DNA of 64,000 bases, taken from NCBI RefSeq assembly GCF_000621625.1, contig NZ_JHXV01000009.1, positions 8,999-72,998 of the forward strand, given 5' to 3'. The position numbers and the translations under genes were made by a program. The notes beneath the pieces are model-generated. The model saw only the letters and a list, made by a program, of their open reading frames with translations. It had not been told where the DNA came from and made no database searches. How positions within the stretch are numbered: the stretch's first letter is position 1; each line of letters opens with the position of its first letter. The stretch comes from Crocinitomix catalasitica ATCC 23190 (GTDB taxonomy: Bacteria; Bacteroidota; Bacteroidia; Flavobacteriales_D; Crocinitomicaceae). Positions 19,471-28,860 of this stretch are shown piece by piece.

Positions 19471-20409
19471 ATGGATAAATTATTCTTACAAGATGTATTG
19501 GAAGGGTTATCAAGTCAACCAAAAACATTGAAATCAAAATATTTTTACGACGATAAAGGGAGTCAAATATTTCAACAAATCATGCAATTAGATAGTTATT
19601 ATCTTACCAATTGTGAATTTGAAATTTTTCAAGACCAAGCCGCTGGAATTATTAATAAACTAAATTTCAACGAACCCTTTAACCTTATAGAATTAGGTGC
19701 GGGAGACGGTGTAAAAACAAGCGAATTGATTCGATATATGTTATCTAAAAATATAGAATTTACTTATACGCCAATTGATATTTCAAGTAAAGCGAATCAG
19801 ATTCTTGAAGATAAATTACGCGCTGATTTTCCCACATTAGATATTCAGCCTAGAACTGGAGACTACTTTAAGATCCTCAAAGAATTAAACAATACGAATA
19901 AGCCAGCCTTATTACTTTTTATTGGAAGTAATTTAGGAAATTATATGCCAGAAGGAGCCCAAAACTTGGTCGCTTTATTGAGCAAATACCTAAAAACAAA
20001 TGATAAATTATTAATTGGTGTTGATCTAAAGAAAAACCCATTAATTGTAAGCAAGGCATATTTTGATCCGGAAGGCGTGACTAAAGCTTTTAATATTAAT
20101 TTGCTCAATCGAATTAATAATGAATTGGGGGGTAATTTTAATCTAGATAAATTTGATTTCTATTCTTTCTATAATCCTCAAAATGGCGAAGTAAGAAGCT
20201 ATATTATAAGTTTAGAAAAACAAAAAGTAAATATTGGATCAACCCACGAATTCAAATTTGAAAAAGGTGAGGATATTTGGACAGAATTATCTAAAAAATA
20301 TGATTTATCAGAATTGGATAAATTGATAGAGCGAGAAAAGTTTGAACTTGTGCATCACTTCTTGGATTCAAGGTCTTACTTTACTGATAGTCTTTACATA
20401 AAAAAATAA
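19471..20409 (+). CDS. egtD: L-histidine N-alpha-methyltransferase
   Basis: N-terminal signature KYFYDDKGSQIFQQIMQLDSYYLTNCEFEIF and SAM motif LIELGAGDGVKT. At 312 aa it matches the size of EgtD. Confidence 0.8.
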   Translation: MDKLFLQDVLEGLSSQPKTLKSKYFYDDKGSQIFQQIMQLDSYYLTNCEFEIFQDQAAGIINKLNFNEPFNLIELGAGDGVKTSELIRYMLSKNIEFTYTPIDISSKANQILEDKLRADFPTLDIQPRTGDYFKILKELNNTNKPALLLFIGSNLGNYMPEGAQNLVALLSKYLKTNDKLLIGVDLKKNPLIVSKAYFDPEGVTKAFNINLLNRINNELGGNFNLDKFDFYSFYNPQNGEVRSYIISLEKQKVNIGSTHEFKFEKGEDIWTELSKKYDLSELDKLIEREKFELVHHFLDSRSYFTDSLYIKK

Positions 20410-20482
20410 AAACGTTTTATTTATTATTCTTTTAAATTGAAAGTTTTAAACGGATTAAATAGCCTAAATTTGAATGATTCTA

Positions 20483-20779
20483 TTAATTAACAGCGACTGC
20501 TGCTGGAAGAACTTCATGTTTTTTTTCTCTACCATCCAAATAAACTTTCATTATAGTGAAATAAATATCTTGATTAGTAGCAATGGATGCGAATCCGATT
20601 TTATCCTTACACAGCTTCACCAATAAAAGATGATTGTAATTATTCTCATCAAAATTTAAAGGGGACAAAGCATTGTCCTCAATACAATCGTAATAGATAT
20701 TATCTAACAACTCTCTATGCAGACGAACAAACAGCCTTTGTACTGCCGTTCTTAAATTTATTTTAACGCTATTATTCAT
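20483..20779 (-). CDS. Hypothetical protein
   Basis: 98-aa ORF in a long AT-rich intergenic region. No motif found, so its coding status is uncertain. Confidence 0.25.
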   Translation of the reverse strand: MNNSVKINLRTAVQRLFVRLHRELLDNIYYDCIEDNALSPLNFDENNYNHLLLVKLCKDKIGFASIATNQDIYFTIMKVYLDGREKKHEVLPAAVAVN

Positions 20780-21329
20780 AATTTCATAAGTTAGAAATGT
20801 ACACCTGGTAATTCCTCATGGGCACGAATTATTACTTTACATCGCTAAGTAACGTAATATTCTATTTATTTCCAAACATAAAAAATAAGCTAACAAGCAG
20901 ATTACTAAAAACTTAAACCGTGTTTAAACCGAATATATAAGCTTAAATACCTAGTTTGAATTTTGCTTAGTAACAACAATTAATCCCATAAACAACTATC
21001 TATCAATAGATTAGTGTAAGCGAATTTATACCTAAAAAAAATATAATAAAGTGTTAAAAATTATTCATCTTTTTTTCATTTTTTTTAAATGAAACAGCAT
21101 TTTTTATAGTTTAACACCATAAATCAATCGACAAACATGTTTTTAGTAATATTTGATCCTTCTAAAACTTTACTGTTTTGGTGTTTTTAAACCTCGCAGA
21201 CTAAATTTTTAAAACAGTCGTTATTTAAATATGTGAATTGAATATTTACGCAATTACGCTCATACTAATTTAAATAAGTTTTTACAAAAAAATTAATATT
21301 AACTTAGTAGTATTGAATATTTTAGAATT

Positions 21330-22169
21330 ATGAAAAACAGAAAAATTAATTTCGTCTTTATAGTTATGATCGCCTTGTTAAGTGCATCATGTAAAAAAAG
21401 TGGATGTACAGATCCTTTTGCATCGAATTATAGCGAAAAGGCAGAAGAGAATGATGGATCATGTTCTTATTCTTCTCAAGATATGATCTTCAAATTTAAG
21501 TTCATGTTTCAAGGTCAAGAAGTCAATTCATCTGATTTGGCACAATTAAAATACACGAATTCAAAAGGGAATGTTTTAAGCATTACAAAACTACAGTATT
21601 TACTTTCTGACTTTAGATTTATAAAAGAAAACGGAGATAGCTTAGTGACTGATGAATATCATTTGATTGACATAGAAGATGAAACTACTCTAAGTAAAAC
21701 ATTGCAACTTCAATTAAGACGTGGTAAATATAATGCTATCGCTTTCAATTATGGTTTTGAATTAGAAGATAATAATGACGGTGAATATACAGATTTAAAT
21801 GTCGCTAGTTGGAGCTGGCCTGCAATACTTGGTGGTGGATATCATCAATTAAAGTTTGAGGGGAACTTCATCAATGCTGATGATGAAAATACTGGATACC
21901 AAATGCACAATGGTAGTAAAGCTCAAAAAATAACCGGTGAAACGGCTAATTACTATGACAATCATTTATATGTTCTATTAGAAGAATCAGCTTTTGAGGT
22001 GAATGCAAATACAAAAATAACTGTGGTAATGAATATAGACCAATGGTTTGAAAACCCAAACTTATGGGACTTAAATGAAAAACATACAATGTTAATGCCT
22101 GATTACGATTCTCAAATCAAAATGCGTCAAAACGGAAGTAGTGTATTTACATTAGAATCGGTTAAATAG
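21330..22169 (+). CDS. Lipoprotein with an N-terminal Cys-module (CKKSGCTDPFASNY...DGSC)
   Basis: Lipoprotein signal peptide with lipobox ...LSASC. The same N-terminal module is found in the lipoprotein at 45102-45899. Confidence 0.45.
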   Translation: MKNRKINFVFIVMIALLSASCKKSGCTDPFASNYSEKAEENDGSCSYSSQDMIFKFKFMFQGQEVNSSDLAQLKYTNSKGNVLSITKLQYLLSDFRFIKENGDSLVTDEYHLIDIEDETTLSKTLQLQLRRGKYNAIAFNYGFELEDNNDGEYTDLNVASWSWPAILGGGYHQLKFEGNFINADDENTGYQMHNGSKAQKITGETANYYDNHLYVLLEESAFEVNANTKITVVMNIDQWFENPNLWDLNEKHTMLMPDYDSQIKMRQNGSSVFTLESVK

Positions 22170-22264
22170 AATGTACCGAAAGTACTTCCTCATAAATCAT
22201 TGTTTTTTTTTGTAATTAGTTCAACGTAACTGCGTCTATCGTCATTTAAGGTAATAATTGTAAC

Positions 22265-22705
22265 GTGAATTATATATATTTAATTTTTGCATTGCTTGCT
22301 CCAAGCATACCTAATCAAAAATCGATCGTAAATGACAATTTTAAGATTGAAATTGATTTACCGAACTTAAGAAATAACGACGGAAACATTTATATTTTCT
22401 TGTATAATTACGAGAATCAATATCCTTATAACCCATACAAAAATTTTATTTTCTCAAAAAAACAAATGAATAATAACAAAGGAAAATGCACTATTACTGA
22501 TCTACCAGAAGGCAACTATGTAATCTCATTATTCGATGACGAGAACGGTAATAACGATCTGGATACATTTTTTGGGATACCTACGGAGGGGTTTGGATTT
22601 TCAAATAATGTAAAAGCGTGGACAGGCTTCCCTAATTATAATGATTTACAATTCAATTTAAATGGCGATAAAAAGATAATATTGAATCTCCAGTATATCT
22701 TCTAA
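22265..22705 (+). CDS. DUF2141-like protein
   Basis: 146 aa. C-terminal motif GIPTEGFGFSNN typical of DUF2141. GTG start. Confidence 0.45.
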   Translation: MNYIYLIFALLAPSIPNQKSIVNDNFKIEIDLPNLRNNDGNIYIFLYNYENQYPYNPYKNFIFSKKQMNNNKGKCTITDLPEGNYVISLFDDENGNNDLDTFFGIPTEGFGFSNNVKAWTGFPNYNDLQFNLNGDKKIILNLQYIF

Positions 22706-22724
22706 CCATTCTAATAAGCCTTTT

Positions 22725-23105
22725 CTAAATTTCTACCAGGGTAAAGGGAAGATCCAAAAATTGTTTGAATTCTCTACCTTTTTGCTCCATCAATACATCT
22801 GTTTTAGCGTATTTCCATATAATACTGCCTTCATTTCCAGATTTAGAAAAGTTTTCAATCAAAAGAAATAATTTATATAATTGTTTTAATGAGCCAGAAT
22901 TGAAATAATCAAGTTTGATTTCTAATAAAATAGGATCAATTGTTGAAAATAGATAATTCTGCAGCCAATCAATCACTGGTCCATAACATTCAACCGAATT
23001 TTCAGGTAGAGAACGCCCACTTAACTTAAATTGACCAGGCAGATAATTAAAGTTAATACTTGGTGTTTGTCTATCACCTTTTAATATAAGTGTATTTTCC
23101 ATCAT
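22725..23105 (-). CDS. DUF1987 (SiaC-like) protein
   Basis: 126 aa. Size and the LKGDRQTPSINFNY...CYGPVIDWL...LEIKLDYFNS pattern match the DUF1987 family. Confidence 0.5.
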   Translation of the reverse strand: MMENTLILKGDRQTPSINFNYLPGQFKLSGRSLPENSVECYGPVIDWLQNYLFSTIDPILLEIKLDYFNSGSLKQLYKLFLLIENFSKSGNEGSIIWKYAKTDVLMEQKGREFKQFLDLPFTLVEI

Positions 23106-24199
23106 TAACTAACAATTGTAGCTGATAAACTAACAAAACAATTATCATCAGCGATATGCACAATTTCGTATGTAAAGTTTCCTTCAGTTAATTTCAATAT
23201 TTCCAAAATACCTACCTCAGCATTAGAAGATTGATCATCATTTGTTATATTTTTACTCAACTCCTCTTTATATCTAACTAATAATTGCTCTCCATTTAAT
23301 TTTTGAACTTCATCTAGGTAGTTTTTGAATTTAACCGCATTTTCATGTTTTATATAATTTCCAGTCTTAAAAACAGTTTGGTCTAATTCGTTAATACTAA
23401 TTTGAAAAACACCAATTTTACCATTTATTGAAACAGGGGTATTATGGCTCATATTCTGTAATAACTCAATAATCAAATACAGTTTTTTACTTTTATTTTT
23501 GATTGAGTTAGTTTCAATTAAATTGTTCTCTAGCATTTCTACTAGCGACATGACTGCTTCTTTAGAAAAGTCTCCTTTTTGTAATAAAAGAACACGATTG
23601 TCTTTTAAATAATTGTAGAACTCTTCAGTTGACATTATTTTTGACAAATCAACCTCTTTCTTATTAGAGTCATCATAAAAGGTGAGCTCAAGTTGAAATG
23701 CATATTCCGAATCGCTAATCTCAGTAAACTTATATTTAGGAGCGCGTTTCGTTTTACGCGCCATTTCTATTAAACCAAGTCCTGCCCCCCCCTTAGTATC
23801 TAATTCATTATTCTGCAGAGCTTCTAAATATAGCTCTCGGAGCGCAGATTCAGTAAGCCCCTCTAAACCATCAATACTATTCTCTATATTTTTTCTGGCA
23901 GATTTCTTTATTGGATTAATCGTAACTATTGAGTGCCTATTCCCGAAACTCCTAACCGTAAATAGTTTATTAAAATTCGAGTTTTCAGATTCAGAGTGAC
24001 GAATTACATTTTGGAAACTTTCAGTTATTAAATATGATATTCGTTTTCGAATTAGTTTTTTTGCCGCTATTCTCGAATCCTGAAGGGAAATGAGTGCATC
24101 CGTAGCAGAGTCAGAAAAATGATCTAAATATGCAAACGTAAAATCTTCGTGTAAAAAATCTTGGTACAGTTCATACATTTTTTTTGCTACCATAAGCAT
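23105..24199 (-). CDS. GHKL-type ATPase (SiaB/RsbW-like anti-sigma kinase fold) with a degenerate internal duplicate
   Basis: N-terminal half has an N-box-like ESFQNVIRHS and a G2-box-like GGAGLGLIEMARK. C-terminal half repeats the pattern (ELLQNMSHNT...VGILEILKL) but has lost the glycines. Overlaps the DUF1987 gene by 1 nt. Confidence 0.4.
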   Translation of the reverse strand: MLMVAKKMYELYQDFLHEDFTFAYLDHFSDSATDALISLQDSRIAAKKLIRKRISYLITESFQNVIRHSESENSNFNKLFTVRSFGNRHSIVTINPIKKSARKNIENSIDGLEGLTESALRELYLEALQNNELDTKGGAGLGLIEMARKTKRAPKYKFTEISDSEYAFQLELTFYDDSNKKEVDLSKIMSTEEFYNYLKDNRVLLLQKGDFSKEAVMSLVEMLENNLIETNSIKNKSKKLYLIIELLQNMSHNTPVSINGKIGVFQISINELDQTVFKTGNYIKHENAVKFKNYLDEVQKLNGEQLLVRYKEELSKNITNDDQSSNAEVGILEILKLTEGNFTYEIVHIADDNCFVSLSATIVS

Positions 24200-24396
24200 T
24201 CAAAATTACTAATATTAATTACTGATTTTTAGATTAGTATGAAATTACTTTTGAACATTTATTTAACATTTATATTTGGGACTTCATTCAGTATTATGGT
24301 TTTCATATATCGCAATCAATTATTCCGCAAAATATCTAAATTTAAATTTGATAAAAATGACTAAATTTGATAGCGTACCTTTAAATTGTTATTCGA

Positions 24397-24996
24397 GTGA
24401 ATTTTTCCCTATTTATAGCTATTACAATAATCTTAGCATTACCAAAAAACGAAACCGAAGTCGACGTGTATGGCATCAATCCAGAGAAAGTTCAAGAAGC
24501 TAAAAATTACTGTATCGAAAAAGAACTCAATACACAAAAAGCCATATTCATTGATATGACAATTCATTCTGGAAAAAAGAGATTATTTCTTTACGATTTT
24601 AAAGCAGATTCGATAATAATGAGTAGCCTTTGTGCACATGGCTGTTGCGATAATTTATGGGGACAAGATGAAACTAAAACGGATCCTGAATTCAGTAATA
24701 TACCAGATAGTCATTGTTCATCCATAGGGAAGTATAAAATCGGTAAAAGAGGTTACAGTAATTGGGGAATCAATGTCAATTATAAATTGCATGGTCTTGA
24801 GCAAACGAACAACAATGCTTATAAACGAATAATTGTACTTCACAGCTGGAATGAGGTTTCAGAGGTTGAAACTTTTCCTATTGGCACTCCCGAAGGATGG
24901 GGCTGTCCTGCCATTTCGAATCAAGCTTTAAGAGATTTAGATCCGATTTTAGAAAAATCAAAAAAACCAATCTTACTGTGGATCTATAATAATTAA
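24397..24996 (+). CDS. L,D-transpeptidase catalytic-domain-family protein (YkuD_2-like)
   Basis: 199 aa. Pattern NYCIEKELNTQKAIFIDM...GKKRLFLYD...HG...CSSIGKYKIG...KRIIVLHSW typical of the Bacteroidota YkuD_2 family. Confidence 0.5.
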   Translation: MNFSLFIAITIILALPKNETEVDVYGINPEKVQEAKNYCIEKELNTQKAIFIDMTIHSGKKRLFLYDFKADSIIMSSLCAHGCCDNLWGQDETKTDPEFSNIPDSHCSSIGKYKIGKRGYSNWGINVNYKLHGLEQTNNNAYKRIIVLHSWNEVSEVETFPIGTPEGWGCPAISNQALRDLDPILEKSKKPILLWIYNN

Positions 24997-25019
24997 TTAA
25001 TTTCACACAAAATTAAAAT

Positions 25020-25586
25020 ATGTGGCACCTTACCTCAAACAAATCAACGATATTTATTAGCATAATTACTAGTTTTATTTTAGTCTCTTGTGACAATTCA
25101 ACTGGAACAACCAAACCAAAAGATGGCTGGAATCGTTTTACAAGTGATACCTATCAAATTGACTATCCACAGGATTGGGAAATTAATGAAAGTACTGAAC
25201 ATGGTACTGATTTAGCGATTCTTAGTGAAAAGGTGAATGCTGACGATCAATTTAGAGAAAATGTAAATTTGGTCATACAAAATCTAAAAGGCAAACGTGT
25301 CTCATTAGATAAATACACAGAGGTTTCGCTTGCACAAATAAAAAAACAAATGCCTGATGCTAAAATCCTGATTGACGAAAGGGTAACATTAAACAATATT
25401 CCATGTCATAAAATTATATACACCGGTAATCATGTGATTTACGATGTGAAATTTGAACAGTACTTTATGATTATTGACGAGATAGCTTACGTCCTCACAT
25501 ATACGAGTCACGATGAAAATTACGAAATGTACAAGGATGATGCCTTTTCTATCATTAACAGTTTTAGTTTAAAGGATATTAATTAA
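25020..25586 (+). CDS. Hypothetical lipoprotein
   Basis: Signal peptide plus lipobox (ILVSC). No assignable domain. Confidence 0.35.
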   Translation: MWHLTSNKSTIFISIITSFILVSCDNSTGTTKPKDGWNRFTSDTYQIDYPQDWEINESTEHGTDLAILSEKVNADDQFRENVNLVIQNLKGKRVSLDKYTEVSLAQIKKQMPDAKILIDERVTLNNIPCHKIIYTGNHVIYDVKFEQYFMIIDEIAYVLTYTSHDENYEMYKDDAFSIINSFSLKDIN

Positions 25587-25699
25587 ACTACTCTTTTCTA
25601 GCCTTTCAGCTTACATATTTTGCTTGTCTTATAATTTTAATGCATAAGTTTCGGTCAACTGATCATTTAATTTTGAATCAATTTTATTAAATTAACAAG

Positions 25700-26035
25700 A
25701 TGGCTTATAACGACTTTTTAGTAGATAGGGTTAGAATGCGATTGACTAAAGCAGGTCCTATTCGAGAAATCAAAATGATGGGGGGATTAATATTCATGGT
25801 TAACGAAAAAATGTGCATAGGCATTGACATCAACAAGGAAACTACTGAGGATCGATTAATGGTTCGTGTTGGTAAATTGCCCTACGAAGAGCTTTTAGCT
25901 AAAGAAGGTGTAAGGAAAATGGATATAACAGGCAAAGTTATGCGAGGATTTTTAATGATCAGTCCTGATGGTTTTGATAATGAAGAAAATCTAGACTTCT
26001 GGGTTGAGAAGGCACTAGCGTTTAACAGACTCTGA
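25700..26035 (+). CDS. TfoX N-terminal domain protein
   Basis: 111 aa. The MMGGLIFMVNEKMCIGI pattern is typical of TfoX_N. Confidence 0.5.
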   Translation: MAYNDFLVDRVRMRLTKAGPIREIKMMGGLIFMVNEKMCIGIDINKETTEDRLMVRVGKLPYEELLAKEGVRKMDITGKVMRGFLMISPDGFDNEENLDFWVEKALAFNRL

Positions 26036-26066
26036 TCTTACAATAACACGAAACTTGCTTATTCTA

Positions 26067-26462
26067 TTATCTTTTAATAAACTTAAATTTTCGCCAAATA
26101 AAATCACCGATTATGAATAATGCAATAATGGCAACAGAAAGTAATGGCGAGATTAGACTTTTAATTGATACTAAAAAGTAATTGACAATTTCAGGATCGA
26201 AATTTAACCCACTAAACTCAAAGAAATTTGAATCTATTGTTAGATTATACGTATAATTTAGAATGGCAATGACAATCAAGAAAATGGCAATAATTGGCCA
26301 AACCCAAGGCGTAATTAACGGTTTGCTTTTTTTAACTATATTCGACTGAACGGCTTGCAATATTTTATGTTCTAAATTACTAGGCGCTTTAACCTCTTTA
26401 AATTCTTGACGAATTAGTTCTTTTAGTATTTTATCCTCTTGCTCCATCTTAAAATTATCCAT
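26067..26462 (-). CDS. Membrane protein, putative anti-sigma factor
   Basis: 131 aa. Cytoplasmic N-terminus then two TM helices. Its stop overlaps the sigma gene by 1 nt. Confidence 0.35.
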   Translation of the reverse strand: MDNFKMEQEDKILKELIRQEFKEVKAPSNLEHKILQAVQSNIVKKSKPLITPWVWPIIAIFLIVIAILNYTYNLTIDSNFFEFSGLNFDPEIVNYFLVSIKSLISPLLSVAIIALFIIGDFIWRKFKFIKR

Positions 26463-27025
26463 TAACGTATTGAATTTAATTCATTTTGAAGAATGTGACT
26501 CAATATTGTATACATTTTTTTTCTTGTTCTGTGTACTTTTACCTTAACATTCGATACCGATAATTTCATAATCTCCGCTACCTCTTCTATCGAATGTTCA
26601 TCGAGATGGTAAAGTGTTATGATAGCACGTTCATTCGGTTTCAAATAAGCCATCGCCATATTTAAATATTTAATCCGATCATTCGATTCTATCTTTTCGA
26701 ATAAATTATCATCACTTGCCTGGTCAACATTGTCAAACGAATCATTCGTTTCTATTTTATGCTTCCGTAAATTATTTATCGCTGTGAAGTAAGTAATTTG
26801 ATAAATCCATGTAGAAAATTTTGATTGACCTTTAAAATTTTTCAAGCCTTTATAAGCTTTAACGAAAGAATCTTGGGCTATTTCCTCAGCATCTTCAATT
26901 GTTTGTGCCATTTTTAAAGCCAAGGCGTAAACCAAGTCTTTATGACTTTTTACCAATTGCTCAAAAACAGACTCATCACCAGCTTTAAATCGTTCTATTA
27001 TATTGTTTATCTCTATTTGATCCAC
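26462..27025 (-). CDS. ECF-type RNA polymerase sigma-70 factor
   Basis: Region 2 (DSFVKAYKGLKNF...STWIYQITYFTAIN) and region 4 helix-turn-helix (SIEEVAEIMKLSVSNVKVKVHRTRKKM). Confidence 0.8.
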   Translation of the reverse strand: MDQIEINNIIERFKAGDESVFEQLVKSHKDLVYALALKMAQTIEDAEEIAQDSFVKAYKGLKNFKGQSKFSTWIYQITYFTAINNLRKHKIETNDSFDNVDQASDDNLFEKIESNDRIKYLNMAMAYLKPNERAIITLYHLDEHSIEEVAEIMKLSVSNVKVKVHRTRKKMYTILSHILQNELNSIR

Positions 27026-27036
27026 AAAAACAGCCC

Positions 27037-27363
27037 TTAAAATTCGCGGTTATTCTTTTTGTCTTCAATAAAATAAGCCAATACCATAGCTAAACCGCCA
27101 AACAGAAAAGCAAATACGACTGCTGCTGTTTCAGCCGCCATTCCGAATAGACCATGCCCCATATTCCCCAATAATATTCCAATAGGTACAAAAAGAATTA
27201 AAAGTCCATTCCGTAATTTATTATGTTTTTCTTCCTCTTCCTTTGGATTCAAACCTGCCTCTATCATTGCCATATTTTGTCTATGACTGCTGACAATTGC
27301 AATATAAACAATGCCAAAAATCATGGCAAATAAAGCAATTGGTACTATTATTTGTACAAACAT
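27037..27363 (-). CDS. Small membrane protein
   Basis: 108 aa with three predicted TM helices. First gene of the sigma/anti-sigma operon. Confidence 0.3.
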   Translation of the reverse strand: MFVQIIVPIALFAMIFGIVYIAIVSSHRQNMAMIEAGLNPKEEEEKHNKLRNGLLILFVPIGILLGNMGHGLFGMAAETAAVVFAFLFGGLAMVLAYFIEDKKNNREF

Positions 27364-27567
27364 ATTTTTAAGTATTATTCGTTTCTAGGTTAGTCACAAT
27401 ATATTAAACTGTGGTTACATTTTTAAGGAATTATTTTTAAAACTGTAAATGTACAAGCTCCCTACTTAAACATCAATAGCCTTTTAACATTAATTAATGA
27501 ATGTTCATTCTTTTTTGATTATCTTTGTTTCATATTAAAATTAATTACGCTCAAATAATATAACACT

Positions 27568-28728
27568 ATGAATAATTTTCAATTCAAAAACCCAACAAAC
27601 ATAATTTTCGGGAAAGGAGAAATTGCCAAATTAGCAAATGAAGTTCCTACAGGCGCTAAGGTACTTGTACTATTTGGAGGTGGCAGTATAAAAAAGAATG
27701 GCATATATGACCAAGTTATGTCTGCACTAAAAAATCACGAGGTTGTTGAAATGGGAGGTATTCCACCAAACCCTGAATACAGTGTATTGATTAAAGCATT
27801 AGATATCATTAAAAAAGAGAATGTAACATTTTTATTAGCTGTAGGCGGTGGTTCAGTTATTGACGGAACGAAATTCATATCCGCTGCGGCAGTTTATGAA
27901 GGATTGTCTCCATGGGAATTAATAACGAACAGACAACCCGTAAAAAAAGGGATGCCATTTGGAACAGTTTTAACTTTGCCTGCAACAGGCTCAGAAATGA
28001 ATTCTGGCGCAGTTATTACAAGGGAAGAGTTAGAAGTTAAAGTACCTTTAGGTGGCCCTGGCTTATTCCCTGTATTCTCAATTTTAGATCCTGAAGTTGT
28101 TGCTTCTATTCCCCATAGACAATTAGCGAATGGCTTAGCAGATGCATTTACACATGTACTAGAACAATATACAACCTACCCTATTGGCGCATTGATCCAA
28201 GATCGATTCTCTGAAGGTGTTTTGCAATCACTAATAGAAGTTGCTCCTCGTATTATAAAAAATCCAGCGGACTACGATGCCGCTGCAAATTTTATGTGGA
28301 GTTGTACAATGGCATTGAATGGTTTGATACAGAAAGGTGTTCCAACTGATTGGAGTATTCACGTAATTGGACATGAATTAACTGCGATGTACGGAATAGA
28401 TCATGCACGAACTTTAGCGATTATCACAAAGAGTCACTACACGTACAATTTTGAAAGTAAAAAAGAAAAATTGGCACAAATGGCTGAGCGTGTTTGGAAT
28501 ATAACGGAGGGTTCTGTTGACGAAAAAGCTAAAAAAGCAATTGATAATATAGAGGCATTCTTCCATAGTATTGAGATAGAAACGTCTTTATCAAAATATA
28601 CAGACAAATTTGAAGGAACTGCTGAAACGATTGAAAAGAGATTCAAAGAAAGAGGAATGGATGGGATTGGAGAACACAAAAGTTTAACACCTCAAGATGT
28701 TGCTAAAATTGTAACCATGAGTTATTAA
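27568..28728 (+). CDS. Iron-containing (group III) alcohol dehydrogenase
   Basis: NAD-binding GGGSxxD motif (AVGGGSVIDGTK) and metal-binding His-rich region (WSIHVIGHELT). Confidence 0.85.
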   Translation: MNNFQFKNPTNIIFGKGEIAKLANEVPTGAKVLVLFGGGSIKKNGIYDQVMSALKNHEVVEMGGIPPNPEYSVLIKALDIIKKENVTFLLAVGGGSVIDGTKFISAAAVYEGLSPWELITNRQPVKKGMPFGTVLTLPATGSEMNSGAVITREELEVKVPLGGPGLFPVFSILDPEVVASIPHRQLANGLADAFTHVLEQYTTYPIGALIQDRFSEGVLQSLIEVAPRIIKNPADYDAAANFMWSCTMALNGLIQKGVPTDWSIHVIGHELTAMYGIDHARTLAIITKSHYTYNFESKKEKLAQMAERVWNITEGSVDEKAKKAIDNIEAFFHSIEIETSLSKYTDKFEGTAETIEKRFKERGMDGIGEHKSLTPQDVAKIVTMSY

Positions 28729-28860
28729 GTTTCAATAATTCGATTAATTTTATTGATAGCTCTCAATTTATTTGAGGGCTATCATTTTTTTGCATTATAT
28801 CTTCCTTTTTTTTAGCCATTTTATTAATTATATTTGAACAGATAAACAATCTGATTTTAA

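Noticed and set aside
20410-21329. 900-bp AT-rich stretch checked for mobile-element ends, tRNA and CRISPR repeats
   Set aside because: No inverted terminal repeats, direct-repeat arrays, tRNA-like T-loop (GTTCGAATC-type) or integrase or transposase ORF was found. It is probably just a long regulatory intergenic region ahead of the lipoprotein gene.
24276-24503. 75-aa plus-strand ORF overlapping the start of the L,D-transpeptidase-family gene
   Set aside because: Different frame from the supported 199-aa CDS. It more likely represents promoter/5'-UTR sequence.
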